From the IMG/VR virus record IMGVR_UViG_3300020442_000009, positions 32,001-96,000 of that record: a stretch of 64,000 nt of DNA. One strand, 5' to 3'. Positions within the stretch are counted from its first letter, which is position 1. Every line of letters starts with the position of its first letter. Shown here one piece after another: positions 9,429 through 19,297 of this stretch. A program made the position numbers and the translations under genes. Source of the stretch: a virus. The notes under the pieces were generated by a model that searched no databases, had not been told where the DNA came from, and saw nothing but the letters and a program-made list of their open reading frames with translations.

Positions 9429-11990
9429 TTATTTTATATCAGCTAACTTCATGTAAATCTTTTCATCCATTATATTCATGTCTTCTATAAATATAATGTC
9501 TTCACCTTTTCTTCCAACAACTATAAGTATATTGCCTTTTTCTGGTATTTTTCCACCAGAAGAAATATAATCTGTGCATGAAGCTTTTCTGCGGTTATCG
9601 ACTATAATTGCGGGTATAGTTCCATGTTCATCGGTTAATATAACTTTTATATATTGATTGCCATTTGCACTAGTTCTCCTAATTGAATCTTCTACAGTTC
9701 CAATAAACTTACCCCTTTGATTTAATTCCATTGAGTTAAAATATACAGAATCTCTAATTGCTCCATCTGAATCTGAGAAAACATCTTTTAGTTTTTTTGA
9801 ATAACTATAGCCTAATAAATGCTTTTCAAAAAACCAATTCGCAAAATCTTCGTAGTTTTTATTCTTATCATAAATTAATTTATACTTATCATATTTCTTT
9901 TTAAAAGTGGTAAATCTAGATTCTTTCATCAAAGGTTTATTATCATCCGCCACTAGGTTTTCTGATTTTGCTGCATGAATTGAATTTAATATATCATAAT
10001 TATATTTAGGCCCAAGAGCTATAAAATTTCTTTTTTCTCTATCTGTTAGCAAATTAAAAGCTTGAGCCTCTAGCACTAATCTAGGTCTACTTGAAGAAGA
10101 CTGCTCTTCTAGCGCTCCAGCTTGAATTAAGGCAGAAACAACCCCAATATTTAACCCAGCCTGTTTTGCAGACATAAAAATGTCATACTTTGTTACATTT
10201 TCAGTATCCCTAAATTCTTCTAGAGATTTTAGTGATTTTTCACTGACGCCCTTGATATTATTTAATCCGAATCTGATATTATCTGCATCAATTTTAAAAT
10301 CAAAATCAGATTTTACTAAATTAGGTTGAAGTAATCTTATATTAAAAAAAGCAAGTTCTCTGCTAATTTTTGAAATTTCATCTTGAGGGCTAGGTTCAAA
10401 CTGAGCCATCTTTAGTAAGCTAAGAAAGAATTGATGAGGATATTTAAATTTTAGATATGTAGTCCATGCAGCTAGAGTTGAATATGCAATAGCATGAGAT
10501 TTATTAAAAGAATAGTTTGCACTATCTTCCGCAACTCCCCAAAGTATATCTCCAACTTCTTCTGGTAAATTGTTTGATTCAATTTTTTTAGAAATTTTCT
10601 TTTTCCATTTTGGCATTTCTTTTACTTTTTTCTTGCCAACAATTCTCCTTAACTGTTCCGCTTCATCTAAAGTAAATCCGACCTTTACGGCCATTTTCAT
10701 TAATTGCTCTTGATACAACGGAATGCCCCCAGTATAGTCTAATACATCATCAAAAACTTCATGAGTGCTTTGGAAATTAGAAGTTGCTACATATTCTGCA
10801 TACTTATCTGTAAATTCTAAAGCTCCCGGTCTTGCTATTGCAACTACCGCGCTTAATTGCTCCATATTTTTAGGTTTTATTTTTTTGCAAACTCTAAAAT
10901 TAGTATCAGCTTCTATTTGAAATAAGCCATGAGGATTTTCTAAACTCTGCAAAGGCTTATACAAATCTTTTGAATCTAAATCTATATCATAGACATCAAT
11001 ACCTATACTATTGCAAACATCATATATAACACTTAATGTCCTGAGACCTAATATATCAAATTTTACCATCAACTCTGAAACCCAATGCATGTCATACCCA
11101 GAAACTATATTTCCATCAGCAGTTTTTTGAGTAGGACAAATTTCTGAAATTTTATGGTGAGAAATAGCTATACCTGAAGGATGCACTCCAGTATTTTTAT
11201 TTAAACCTTCTATTTTTTTAGCGATTTTTAAAACTCTAGAATTTTCTTCAGACCACTTTTTAAACCTTTGGCTTTCTTCTATAGAATCTTCTATTGAGGC
11301 AACTTTACCAAATTTTTTAGGGATAAAGCCACTAACATCATTAACTTCTTGCTCAGAATACTCTCCAACAATTTTGCCACACTCTTTTATGCAAAGTTTA
11401 CTAGTAAGAGTATTTAATGTTAAAATGTTTGCAGTTCTTCCGGGATGTTTATCTTCGATATACTGTATTACTTTTTGTCTATGCTCATATGCTATATCAT
11501 TATCTACATCAGCCAGTAAACTTCCATCTAAATAGGTAACTCCATCTACCTTTGTTTTCTTTGCCCGACTTTTTGATACAAACCTTTCAAAAAACAACTC
11601 ATATTTGACAGGATCGACCTTGGTAACTCCAATAAGGTATAAAACAAGGGAACCCGCAGCAGATCCACGACCCGGACCAGTGGGTATATTATTATCATGA
11701 CAATAATTAAGAATATCCCAATTAAGAAGAATGTAATCGATAAACCCAAGATCTTTAAGAATTGAAAGTTCTTCTTTTGTTCTAGCATAGTACTCTGTTT
11801 TGTTTGGTAATTCATCTATTCCTTTCTCTTTTACGCCTTGAAGACACAATTGTCTAAGAAAATTAAAATTATCAACATTAGAGTCAATGTCTAATTTTTT
11901 GTAAAACTTATCATCTATATTGATTTTTGGTAAAAGCACCCCCGGAGGTACATGGTTTTCATATTTTGTAAATTTTTTTAAAAAGCTCAT
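9429..11990 (-). CDS. dnaE: DNA polymerase III alpha, catalytic part lacking the PHP domain
   Basis: GPGRGSAAGSLVLYLIGVT, FERFVS, DVDND, KFDILGL, YQEQLM, YSFNKSHA; C-terminal OB-like region. Confidence 0.93.
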   Translation of the reverse strand: MSFLKKFTKYENHVPPGVLLPKINIDDKFYKKLDIDSNVDNFNFLRQLCLQGVKEKGIDELPNKTEYYARTKEELSILKDLGFIDYILLNWDILNYCHDNNIPTGPGRGSAAGSLVLYLIGVTKVDPVKYELFFERFVSKSRAKKTKVDGVTYLDGSLLADVDNDIAYEHRQKVIQYIEDKHPGRTANILTLNTLTSKLCIKECGKIVGEYSEQEVNDVSGFIPKKFGKVASIEDSIEESQRFKKWSEENSRVLKIAKKIEGLNKNTGVHPSGIAISHHKISEICPTQKTADGNIVSGYDMHWVSELMVKFDILGLRTLSVIYDVCNSIGIDVYDIDLDSKDLYKPLQSLENPHGLFQIEADTNFRVCKKIKPKNMEQLSAVVAIARPGALEFTDKYAEYVATSNFQSTHEVFDDVLDYTGGIPLYQEQLMKMAVKVGFTLDEAEQLRRIVGKKKVKEMPKWKKKISKKIESNNLPEEVGDILWGVAEDSANYSFNKSHAIAYSTLAAWTTYLKFKYPHQFFLSLLKMAQFEPSPQDEISKISRELAFFNIRLLQPNLVKSDFDFKIDADNIRFGLNNIKGVSEKSLKSLEEFRDTENVTKYDIFMSAKQAGLNIGVVSALIQAGALEEQSSSSRPRLVLEAQAFNLLTDREKRNFIALGPKYNYDILNSIHAAKSENLVADDNKPLMKESRFTTFKKKYDKYKLIYDKNKNYEDFANWFFEKHLLGYSYSKKLKDVFSDSDGAIRDSVYFNSMELNQRGKFIGTVEDSIRRTSANGNQYIKVILTDEHGTIPAIIVDNRRKASCTDYISSGGKIPEKGNILIVVGRKGEDIIFIEDMNIMDEKIYMKLADIK

Positions 11991-11997
11991 TTAATTA

Positions 11998-12086
11998 ATA
12001 TCGTCCACTGTTAAAAATCTTTTTGTCGAAAAAAAATTTTGATTATATCGTCCACTGTAAAAATGTTTTTTGTCGAAAAAATTTTT
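11998..12086. repeat. tandem 47-bp direct repeat (copies 2 and 3 of the bipartite motif) upstream of dnaE
   Basis: TCGTCCACTGT at 12001 and 12048; TTGTCGAAAAA at 12023 and 12070. Confidence 0.85.
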
Positions 12087-12089
12087 TAA

Positions 12090-12740
12090 TCATACATCTA
12101 ATTCCCAAATCATTTTTTTAAAAACTTCATAGTTCTGTTCAATGTCATACATTGCATCATGTAGTCTTGACTCATCAATTTTAATATCATAGTAATGGCA
12201 AAGGTCAATTAATTTTTTCTTAGATTTTTTATCCATCATATTATTTAATTTATATTGCCAGCTATAAAAACTTTCGTCTCTGCAAAATTTTATATCATTT
12301 TTTAGAGCTTTAGCAAGGCAAACTGTGTCTATTGATCTTTTAATGTAAGAATAGTCAGGTTTTTTTCCAAGGCATCTCCTGTAAATTCCATGTATGTAAA
12401 CATCAAACCCCAAAATGTTATGACCAACATTAATATATTCTTCATTGTATAAATACTTTTCAAATAGCTCTAAAGGTTTTTTTGGTTCTACTCCTAGTTT
12501 TTTATATTTTTTTTCAGTCCAGCCTGTCATTTTAGCTGCAGTACTAGACATCTTTAGGTCTTCCCAGTAAAGCCAAAAATCATGCTTCTCTACAATTTTA
12601 CCACTGTCAACAACAATGAAACCTAATTGCCAAGGTTTATTATCAATAGAACCTAAATTTAGGTTGCATGTTTCAAAGTCAAAAAATATATACTTTTGAT
12701 TTCTCTGAAACCTTAGTAAACTATCAATCTTATCAGTCAT
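12090..12740 (-). CDS. DEDDh 3'-5' exonuclease (DnaQ/epsilon-like)
   Basis: FFDFET, GHNILGFD, HDAMYD motifs; next to dnaE. Confidence 0.85.
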   Translation of the reverse strand: MTDKIDSLLRFQRNQKYIFFDFETCNLNLGSIDNKPWQLGFIVVDSGKIVEKHDFWLYWEDLKMSSTAAKMTGWTEKKYKKLGVEPKKPLELFEKYLYNEEYINVGHNILGFDVYIHGIYRRCLGKKPDYSYIKRSIDTVCLAKALKNDIKFCRDESFYSWQYKLNNMMDKKSKKKLIDLCHYYDIKIDESRLHDAMYDIEQNYEVFKKMIWELDV

Positions 12741-12906
12741 CTTTTTTATTAAAAGCTTTTTTAAGATCTTCTAGAAGATTTACTTTAGATCCAGCAGGTA
12801 GCTTTTGGTATTCTTTTTTTAGTCTTTTTAATATCCTCTTATGCTCTGGAACAGAGCCATCATAGCCTATAATTTTTTTAATTTCTTTTAATTTACTTTT
12901 ATTCAT
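12733..12906 (-). CDS. 57-aa basic hypothetical protein
   Basis: Manual translation MNKSKLKEIKKIIGYDGSVPEHKRILKRLKKEYQKLPAGSKVNLLEDLKKAFNKKDD*; overlaps both neighbours at start/stop codons. Confidence 0.7.
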   Translation of the reverse strand: MNKSKLKEIKKIIGYDGSVPEHKRILKRLKKEYQKLPAGSKVNLLEDLKKAFNKKDD

Positions 12907-13871
12907 ACTTCTACATATCTTACATCTTTTAATACATCTAGATTCTCTCCCCCACCGTAGGAAATAGAACTTTGTAAATCTTGTTTTATTTCTAAAAGTT
13001 TATTCTCGTAAGTCATTGAATTTGAAGCGATATGATTTAGCTTTCCCTCTACATGATTAGTATGACCCTTATTTTCTGCACTTGCAGAACCAAAATAAGC
13101 TTTATGAGAAACACCATTTATTACTGTTGGAATTGCAGGGCTGTCAGTGCAAGAGGCAAATATACCGCCAGCCATAACAAGATCAGCTCCCGCCACTATC
13201 GCTTTTGCTATATCTCCATTAGATTTTATTCCGCCATCTGCAATAATTGGAATTGGTGATGTGTCACCCTCAACAAAGTCTCCCGAATGTAAACCCGAAC
13301 ACTCTTTGATACAACTAAACATTGGTAAAGTAAAACCCGTCTTATCTTTTGTTGTGCAAGGAGAACCTTGACCTATTCCTACTTTTACTATATCAGCACC
13401 CCAGTCAGATAGGGCTCTTACTGCTTCTGCAGTAGCAACATTTCCAGCAATAATTTTAGTGTTAGGTAAATGATTTTTAATCCAACGAATCATTACCTTC
13501 ATTCGCTTGCAGTAACCGTGAGCAATATCAATAGTTAAGTAATCTACTCGATGTTCTCGTTTGCTAATTTTTTGAATTGCCATTTTATCTTTAGCCTTAA
13601 CTCCAACACTAAATGAAATGTTATTCCAATCTTGCGCATTAGCAATATCTTCTGCTATGTCACGATTAAACCTATGCATTATATAAAAGTAATTGCAATC
13701 GCTCATCCATTTAGCCAAACTCATATCAATAACAGATTTCATATTGGCAGGAATAATTGGTAGCAAAAACTTTTTTCCATATAAATTTATGGAAGTATCA
13801 CAATCAGACCTACTATGAACTTCGCTATAGTTAGGAACAAGGGAAACATCTGAATATTTTAAGTATTTCAT
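12903..13871 (-). CDS. guaC: GMP reductase
   Basis: IDIAHG, AGNVAT, KVGIGQGSPCTT, IIADGGI, YFGSAS; no CBS domains. Confidence 0.9.
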   Translation of the reverse strand: MKYLKYSDVSLVPNYSEVHSRSDCDTSINLYGKKFLLPIIPANMKSVIDMSLAKWMSDCNYFYIMHRFNRDIAEDIANAQDWNNISFSVGVKAKDKMAIQKISKREHRVDYLTIDIAHGYCKRMKVMIRWIKNHLPNTKIIAGNVATAEAVRALSDWGADIVKVGIGQGSPCTTKDKTGFTLPMFSCIKECSGLHSGDFVEGDTSPIPIIADGGIKSNGDIAKAIVAGADLVMAGGIFASCTDSPAIPTVINGVSHKAYFGSASAENKGHTNHVEGKLNHIASNSMTYENKLLEIKQDLQSSISYGGGENLDVLKDVRYVEV

Positions 13872-14587
13872 TTTTCTAGATAACTTTCAAAAGAAAATTC
13901 TGGACTTGCTAGATGATCAAAATTTGGAACAGATAAAGTTCGCTGTTTAAATCTCCTACTGCATATACATTTATATGTTTGAAATGCTTCGAAATCTTCT
14001 TTTGTTTCATAAAAAATAGACTTTGTTTCTTCTGTAGGATAATTATTTTTTTTGCAATATTCAAAAACCTTTTCTCTTATAATTAAATCAAAAGGTAGAT
14101 GATTATCTTCTAGGAAAAATGTTGGTTTACAAAATGAAAAGTCAGGTATGCAGCTACAGAAATGTAAAGTATTTTTAAAAATAAAAGAGTCATAGAATGG
14201 TATGGCAAGAGTTAAATCTTCTTCGCTCCACATTTTTTTTAAGCTAGGAAAATCAATTACTCCTTCATTTTCACAAAATGCTTTTGAGTATATTTGATTT
14301 ATTAAATTACAACCAGTTCCGTTTTTTGCAAAAATTAAAATCTTATGAAAACATTTTTCGTTTTCTTTTTTATCTTTGGGTATAGTACTACAAGCATTAA
14401 TTCGTAACCCAAAAACTAAATCAATGTCACTTTCTATAGAATGTTTGTTAGCTTCTAGAAAGCCAATTAATGTATCTTCAACTATTACAACTTGTTTAAG
14501 GTTATTATCATTTGCTATTTTAAAAACTTCATCAGTTTTTAGTATGCTTCTGCCTATGCTGTAATGTGTTTTAAATAGTGGAATCAT
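13868..14587 (-). CDS. stand-alone PHP domain of DNA polymerase III alpha (split dnaE, N-terminal part)
   Basis: PLFKTHYSIGRSIL, LVFGLRI, ILIFAKNGTGCNLINQIYS; ATG at 14587 follows a promoter. Confidence 0.8.
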   Translation of the reverse strand: MIPLFKTHYSIGRSILKTDEVFKIANDNNLKQVVIVEDTLIGFLEANKHSIESDIDLVFGLRINACSTIPKDKKENEKCFHKILIFAKNGTGCNLINQIYSKAFCENEGVIDFPSLKKMWSEEDLTLAIPFYDSFIFKNTLHFCSCIPDFSFCKPTFFLEDNHLPFDLIIREKVFEYCKKNNYPTEETKSIFYETKEDFEAFQTYKCICSRRFKQRTLSVPNFDHLASPEFSFESYLEK

Positions 14588-14598
14588 ATTTAAAAACA

Positions 14599-14627
14599 AT
14601 GATACCACAAATAGGTTAAGAAGTCAA
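14599..14627 (-). promoter_or_regulatory. sigma-70-type promoter TTGACT-17-TATCAT
   Basis: -35 at 14622-14627, -10 at 14599-14604; heads the PHP-guaC-exonuclease unit. Confidence 0.7.
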
Positions 14628-14628
14628 G

Positions 14629-15621
14629 CTATATTTTATACTTATCAATAAAAGATTCTGCTGGCTTTCCTTCGCCTAAGTGAAGCTCAAGCTCGTCAAT
14701 TAACTGAGTTCTGTACTGAAGTAAATCTTTGGGGACTCCGCCGTCCATCTGTTTGAAGGTTATGGATGCAGATACAACTAGCAATATAGCTAGAGGATCG
14801 AACACAAAAATTAAGATTAATATAACTATCCTGACTGCTTTAGGGGCATCAACTTCGGGACCGCCAAAATCAGAAACAATTTCTGCTATATATTTTACTG
14901 GACCAATTTCGGCTTCCAGTTTTTTGACTTCGGATTCAATTTTACTTTTGTCTAAATTTAATGAAAGCAATTCTTCTTCTAGTTTTTCTAGATTGGGGAA
15001 TATTTCTTCTTCAATTTTGACTCTGTACTTTTCAACTCTATTTTGTATGTCTCCTTTTTGAGTTGTGATAGATTGCCTTTCCTGTAATTGAGATTCAGAT
15101 AATGCTTTTAGCTTACTACTAACACTGAATCCACCCTTGTTTCTGACTTCTGAAACAGCTTCATCTAGCATTTTCAATCTATCATTTAATCTTGATAGTA
15201 AATTAAAATCCTCTTCTTTTAGTTGATTGTTATTCTTTTTTTGTTCGTTTAAAGAAAGTTTTTTAGATTCTATGGATTCAATTTTATTATTTAATAAATT
15301 TAATTGAGCGACATATTGATAAGAACCTGACTCTTGCTCGATATGGGATTGACTTAAGAAACCAAAGATACCCATGCTTGTAATACCAGATAGAATTAAG
15401 ACTGCAAAAGTTAAATAAAATTTAATTGTTTTAGCTGACTTTTTCCAATTTCTATGTAGCCACACTGCTGTAACAAGTTTGCCTACTTCTAATGCTCCAC
15501 CCATTACTACTATAGACCAAAAAGCTCCCGGAAAAATTGCCGTTAACCCAATTATACTAAAATAAGCAGCAACCGCTGCAAGCGATAATGAAGAAAATAA
15601 GATAAGGTATGCAAAAATCAT
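14629..15621 (-). CDS. membrane protein with long coiled coil
   Basis: Three N-terminal TM segments, central coiled coil, EIGPVKYIAE...IFVFDPLAILL C-terminal TM; type recalled from large aquatic phages. Confidence 0.7.
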   Translation of the reverse strand: MIFAYLILFSSLSLAAVAAYFSIIGLTAIFPGAFWSIVVMGGALEVGKLVTAVWLHRNWKKSAKTIKFYLTFAVLILSGITSMGIFGFLSQSHIEQESGSYQYVAQLNLLNNKIESIESKKLSLNEQKKNNNQLKEEDFNLLSRLNDRLKMLDEAVSEVRNKGGFSVSSKLKALSESQLQERQSITTQKGDIQNRVEKYRVKIEEEIFPNLEKLEEELLSLNLDKSKIESEVKKLEAEIGPVKYIAEIVSDFGGPEVDAPKAVRIVILILIFVFDPLAILLVVSASITFKQMDGGVPKDLLQYRTQLIDELELHLGEGKPAESFIDKYKI

Positions 15622-15636
15622 ACTTTATATTACACA

Positions 15637-16719
15637 TTAATCAAACAAATCCACATGTTCTGGGGTATTCCAATGAGGGCAGCCAGCATATTCCATATGT
15701 TTAATTTCTTGACCGTCTTTTTGAATTTTTATTAAATCTTCTTTGTCTTCTATGAATGCAGTTTTGATAATTTTATCTCCATCAAGTAATGCATAATACT
15801 CCATAGGTTTTCTATGTGGACAAATAAAAGCAACAATAGGTTCTCCATTTTTATCTAACATTGGTTGCCCTCCCCTCATTTTAAAACCATCTTTTCCGCA
15901 TGCAAGAGGCCCACCAAAAGTTCCGTCTTTAGGGTAGCCTTGATTGGCCGCAAAATTAGCAACAGCTTTTTCAGAGTCAAAATTATCGATATAAGATTGA
16001 ATTTCTGTCAATTCATATTCAAGCCCAACAAGCTCAGATTCATCTACTGGTTCCATTTTTAATACCCCATTGCCTGTGCCTCCAAACATGTCTTTCTCTA
16101 AATCAAATTTTAAAAATATAAATTCAGATTGCCTTATGGAATATTCTGGATATAAATGTCTAATGGCGAGAGAGTACATCAAGTTTTGCATGTTATCTGT
16201 GACTTCTTTACCTTTAAAGACTTGCTTGCTGCTTTTAAAATCTCTAATTAATGCGTAAGATGAATCTTTATATAAAAATAATTTATCTATAAATCCTTTT
16301 ATTCTATATGAAATGTTTTCTCCTTCGATTTCTATGTCAAAATACTTTTCAGATATACCCTCAGTTAATCCTTCTTTATCTAAACCAAAAAAATCATAAT
16401 GCAATCCATTGATTGTCATTGTGTCAATTAATTTTAAATTTTCATCGTCATCTACATTTAATTTTTTTGCATGATACAAAACTAATCTTTCAATGGCTTT
16501 ACATGCAAAAATAGATCCACTGTTAATTAAGGTTTCGTAGTTTTTTCTATGCCTATCTTCCCCAAGAAGCTCAAAGATTAAGTGACATATCCAACCTCGA
16601 CTAGCACCTTCGTTAGATTTGTCGGGCAGTTTTAGTTTGTAGTTACACCAGTACTTCCACGAGCATTGCTGTAATGTTTTAATTCTACTCGCTGAAAGAG
16701 CTGATTCATGTTTTTTCAT
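15637..16719 (-). CDS. PD-(D/E)XK nuclease (RecB/AddB-like)
   Basis: LSASRIKT..QC, GFIDKL, IRDFKSSK, QNLMYSLA, C-terminal Cys residues. Confidence 0.85.
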   Translation of the reverse strand: MKKHESALSASRIKTLQQCSWKYWCNYKLKLPDKSNEGASRGWICHLIFELLGEDRHRKNYETLINSGSIFACKAIERLVLYHAKKLNVDDDENLKLIDTMTINGLHYDFFGLDKEGLTEGISEKYFDIEIEGENISYRIKGFIDKLFLYKDSSYALIRDFKSSKQVFKGKEVTDNMQNLMYSLAIRHLYPEYSIRQSEFIFLKFDLEKDMFGGTGNGVLKMEPVDESELVGLEYELTEIQSYIDNFDSEKAVANFAANQGYPKDGTFGGPLACGKDGFKMRGGQPMLDKNGEPIVAFICPHRKPMEYYALLDGDKIIKTAFIEDKEDLIKIQKDGQEIKHMEYAGCPHWNTPEHVDLFD

Positions 16720-16721
16720 AA

Positions 16722-17753
16722 TTAATTTTCTAGTAAAGATATTTTCTTCATTAAATTTTTTGATATTTTATTATTCTTATTCAAGTTTCTGGCTTTAGAT
16801 ATGACAAGTTTTGATTGGTCAGTTTCTGCAACTTGTTTTAATTTTTTATCCCACTGTTCAAAGTCGTCTTCATTCATATCCCCAAAATCATTTTGTGTTG
16901 GTAGGCATATCCTTATTAGGTCTGGAGAAAAGTAATTTAAAAGTTTTAAATAGTTTTTTATGGCTGCATCAAGCCCTCTATTATTAGATTTTTCTTTATC
17001 ATTATTAAAAGATATAAAAATTTTACTAAAACCTTTCTCTATCATCCAGCAAGATAATGTAGACGATATATCTAAACCAAAAGAAACTACAACATTTGTA
17101 TAGCCGTAATTAAATAAATTTAAACAATCTCCTATACTTTCTACTATTATAATAAAATCAGAATCAATTTTGTCTATATTTGGAATGTAATGTGGGTATA
17201 TCCAGTTTGCTTTTTTGCCCATATGTTTCCATTTAGCATCCTTTTTACTCGTCATATCTCTGCCTGAGAAACCATGAATCTGTCCATATCTATTGTATAT
17301 CGGGAAGGTATATCGTTGATACATAGATCCCTTGGTAGCATAACCCCCTTTAAATTTTTTTAATACAGATAAGTCTATTCCTCTGTCTTGATAAAATTGA
17401 TGATGTGGTAGTAACTCTGCAAGCCATTCTTCTGGATAGAGTTTTTCTTCTTCTGTTTTTCTTTTTGTGTTTTTTCCTTTTTCTGAAAGAAATCTTATGT
17501 CGTCTTGATTTAAATACTTGCTTAATTGTTTTGGATCGTTAGTATTTAGTGTTAAAACTAGAAGTTGTTTAAAAGGTTGAAACGGTGTATCTTTAACATA
17601 ATCTTTCCAAGTTCCACTATCTTTGTAGATTTGTAATGCAGTCTCATTGTCTCCGCCTCTATATAAAGCGGCGCATTGCCAATAAGGGCCTTTATCTCTG
17701 AGCTTATAGCCCAAATCTTCCAAAACGGAACGAATAGAGTCTGTGTTAATCAT
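16722..17753 (-). CDS. dnaG: DNA primase (Toprim)
   Basis: RYTFPIYNRYGQIHGFSGR, IIVESIGD, SFNND; adjacent to helicase. Confidence 0.85.
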   Translation of the reverse strand: MINTDSIRSVLEDLGYKLRDKGPYWQCAALYRGGDNETALQIYKDSGTWKDYVKDTPFQPFKQLLVLTLNTNDPKQLSKYLNQDDIRFLSEKGKNTKRKTEEEKLYPEEWLAELLPHHQFYQDRGIDLSVLKKFKGGYATKGSMYQRYTFPIYNRYGQIHGFSGRDMTSKKDAKWKHMGKKANWIYPHYIPNIDKIDSDFIIIVESIGDCLNLFNYGYTNVVVSFGLDISSTLSCWMIEKGFSKIFISFNNDKEKSNNRGLDAAIKNYLKLLNYFSPDLIRICLPTQNDFGDMNEDDFEQWDKKLKQVAETDQSKLVISKARNLNKNNKISKNLMKKISLLEN

Positions 17754-19261
17754 AAGTCAGGAACCTCATTTAATTCATCGTTAGAAACTATATCTAAAGT
17801 AGCTACATTTCTGTCAACTAAATCTTGAAGATCTCCTACTTCAGACATGTGAAAATTATTAAAGTTATAGTACAGTGCATTTGGAGCTAAGCTGCCATCG
17901 TCTAATCTAATTAGATTTGTAGCCCTTTCTGGAGACTCTCCTAGATGTCTATGCTTTAAGCAAAACAGTCTATGGGTTCCAAACTCATTATTGGAAATTA
18001 ATTCTTCCGTACTAAGTTTTCGTAAAAAGTAAAGATGTGTTGCTGCATGAATTATCCTATCTGAAAGAGAAACTACACTTTCATCTTCGACAATATTTTC
18101 AGTTGCTCTATTAGTGCTAATTCCTGATCTATTGCTTTGAACACTAGTTACCATTGATATTACAGGCTCTCCATCAAAAATAAAATCTTGGGTAAATCTT
18201 TTCCATTTGTCACACATGTCTCCAATAATTTGATACTCTTGTTTGTTGCCAAATTTTTCGGAAGTACTCTTAATGTAATCAAAATTAACTATCATTTCAT
18301 TTCCCCTACCAACCTTACTATAATAAAAACGTTTAGCTAAATTAATTTGCTCGTCAACATTCATTCCTCCCACATTAAAATAATGGAAGTTATAATTTTT
18401 TATTGTAGACCAGACTGACCTAACTTTTTTAACTACAGCATCTCCTGCCTGTCTCCACTTTCCTGTTTGAAGCAAATGAAATGGAACTCCTGTCTCTCTT
18501 GCAGCTAGCCTCATTTGAAGCTCTGTCTTGCTCATCTCCCCATTATCTAGATGCAATACAGGTACATGATTATTTAATTTTGATGTCTCTAAGCAAAGAT
18601 CAATAGTAAATTGAGTTTTGCCTACTCCAGAACGAGCGCAAAGCATGAATATGTTACCAGCTTGACAAGGATTTCCATAAAGCTCATTCATTCTTTTGTG
18701 AGGTCCAACTAATCCAAAATATTCAACAGGATTATTTCCCCTTTCCTCAACGACTTCTTCCATGTCTTCAAAAAGAGACTCTGGGTTAGAGCAAGAATTG
18801 TCGTAAGTATTTATATGGTCATTCCAAATTTTGTCGGAATCATTAATTAAAGATTCAAAAGGTGTGTCTATGGAAGTTTTTTCAAAAAACTTAGCCATCT
18901 CTCTGCATTTTGAAATACCTTTTCTTCTTATAGTTAATTGTTTTAAATCTTTTGCTGTTGATAATATAGATTTTTTAGAAACTTTTCTTAAATCTAAAGC
19001 CTGTACATACTGACCAATATGGACATTGGCATCAAAAGTTAAACCTAAGGAATTAATTCTTTCTGTTAGTGCTACATGATCTAGATGTATACCATTTTCT
19101 ATTGCATGTTTAACCACTGTAAAGATAGTCTTATTAACTAAATCTATTCCTTCGTCAAAATCTTCTTCATTTACAAAATGACCTATGTCAACATAAAGGT
19201 CTGGATATTTTATTAATCCAGCAAGAAGTTGCTTTTCTAGCTCAATAGAATTTAAACTCAT
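17750..19261 (-). CDS. dnaB: replicative DNA helicase
   Basis: ELEKQLLAGL N-terminus, ARSGVGKT, EMS, FDYI, QSNR. Confidence 0.88.
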   Translation of the reverse strand: MSLNSIELEKQLLAGLIKYPDLYVDIGHFVNEEDFDEGIDLVNKTIFTVVKHAIENGIHLDHVALTERINSLGLTFDANVHIGQYVQALDLRKVSKKSILSTAKDLKQLTIRRKGISKCREMAKFFEKTSIDTPFESLINDSDKIWNDHINTYDNSCSNPESLFEDMEEVVEERGNNPVEYFGLVGPHKRMNELYGNPCQAGNIFMLCARSGVGKTQFTIDLCLETSKLNNHVPVLHLDNGEMSKTELQMRLAARETGVPFHLLQTGKWRQAGDAVVKKVRSVWSTIKNYNFHYFNVGGMNVDEQINLAKRFYYSKVGRGNEMIVNFDYIKSTSEKFGNKQEYQIIGDMCDKWKRFTQDFIFDGEPVISMVTSVQSNRSGISTNRATENIVEDESVVSLSDRIIHAATHLYFLRKLSTEELISNNEFGTHRLFCLKHRHLGESPERATNLIRLDDGSLAPNALYYNFNNFHMSEVGDLQDLVDRNVATLDIVSNDELNEVPDL

Positions 19262-19268
19262 TGGGCTA

Positions 19269-19297
19269 ATTATAGAATATAATCAAACAAAAGTCAA
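19269..19297 (-). promoter_or_regulatory. sigma-70-type promoter TTGACT-17-TATAAT, likely leaderless
   Basis: -35 at 19292-19297, -10 at 19269-19274, 7 nt before dnaB ATG. Confidence 0.8.

Noticed and set aside
11998-12086. CRISPR mini-array
   Set aside because: Only two adjacent units with similar intervening sequence, no unique spacers and no cas genes
15637-16719. Cas4 / CRISPR adaptation gene
   Set aside because: Sits in the helicase-primase operon; a stand-alone phage PD-(D/E)XK nuclease is the simpler call
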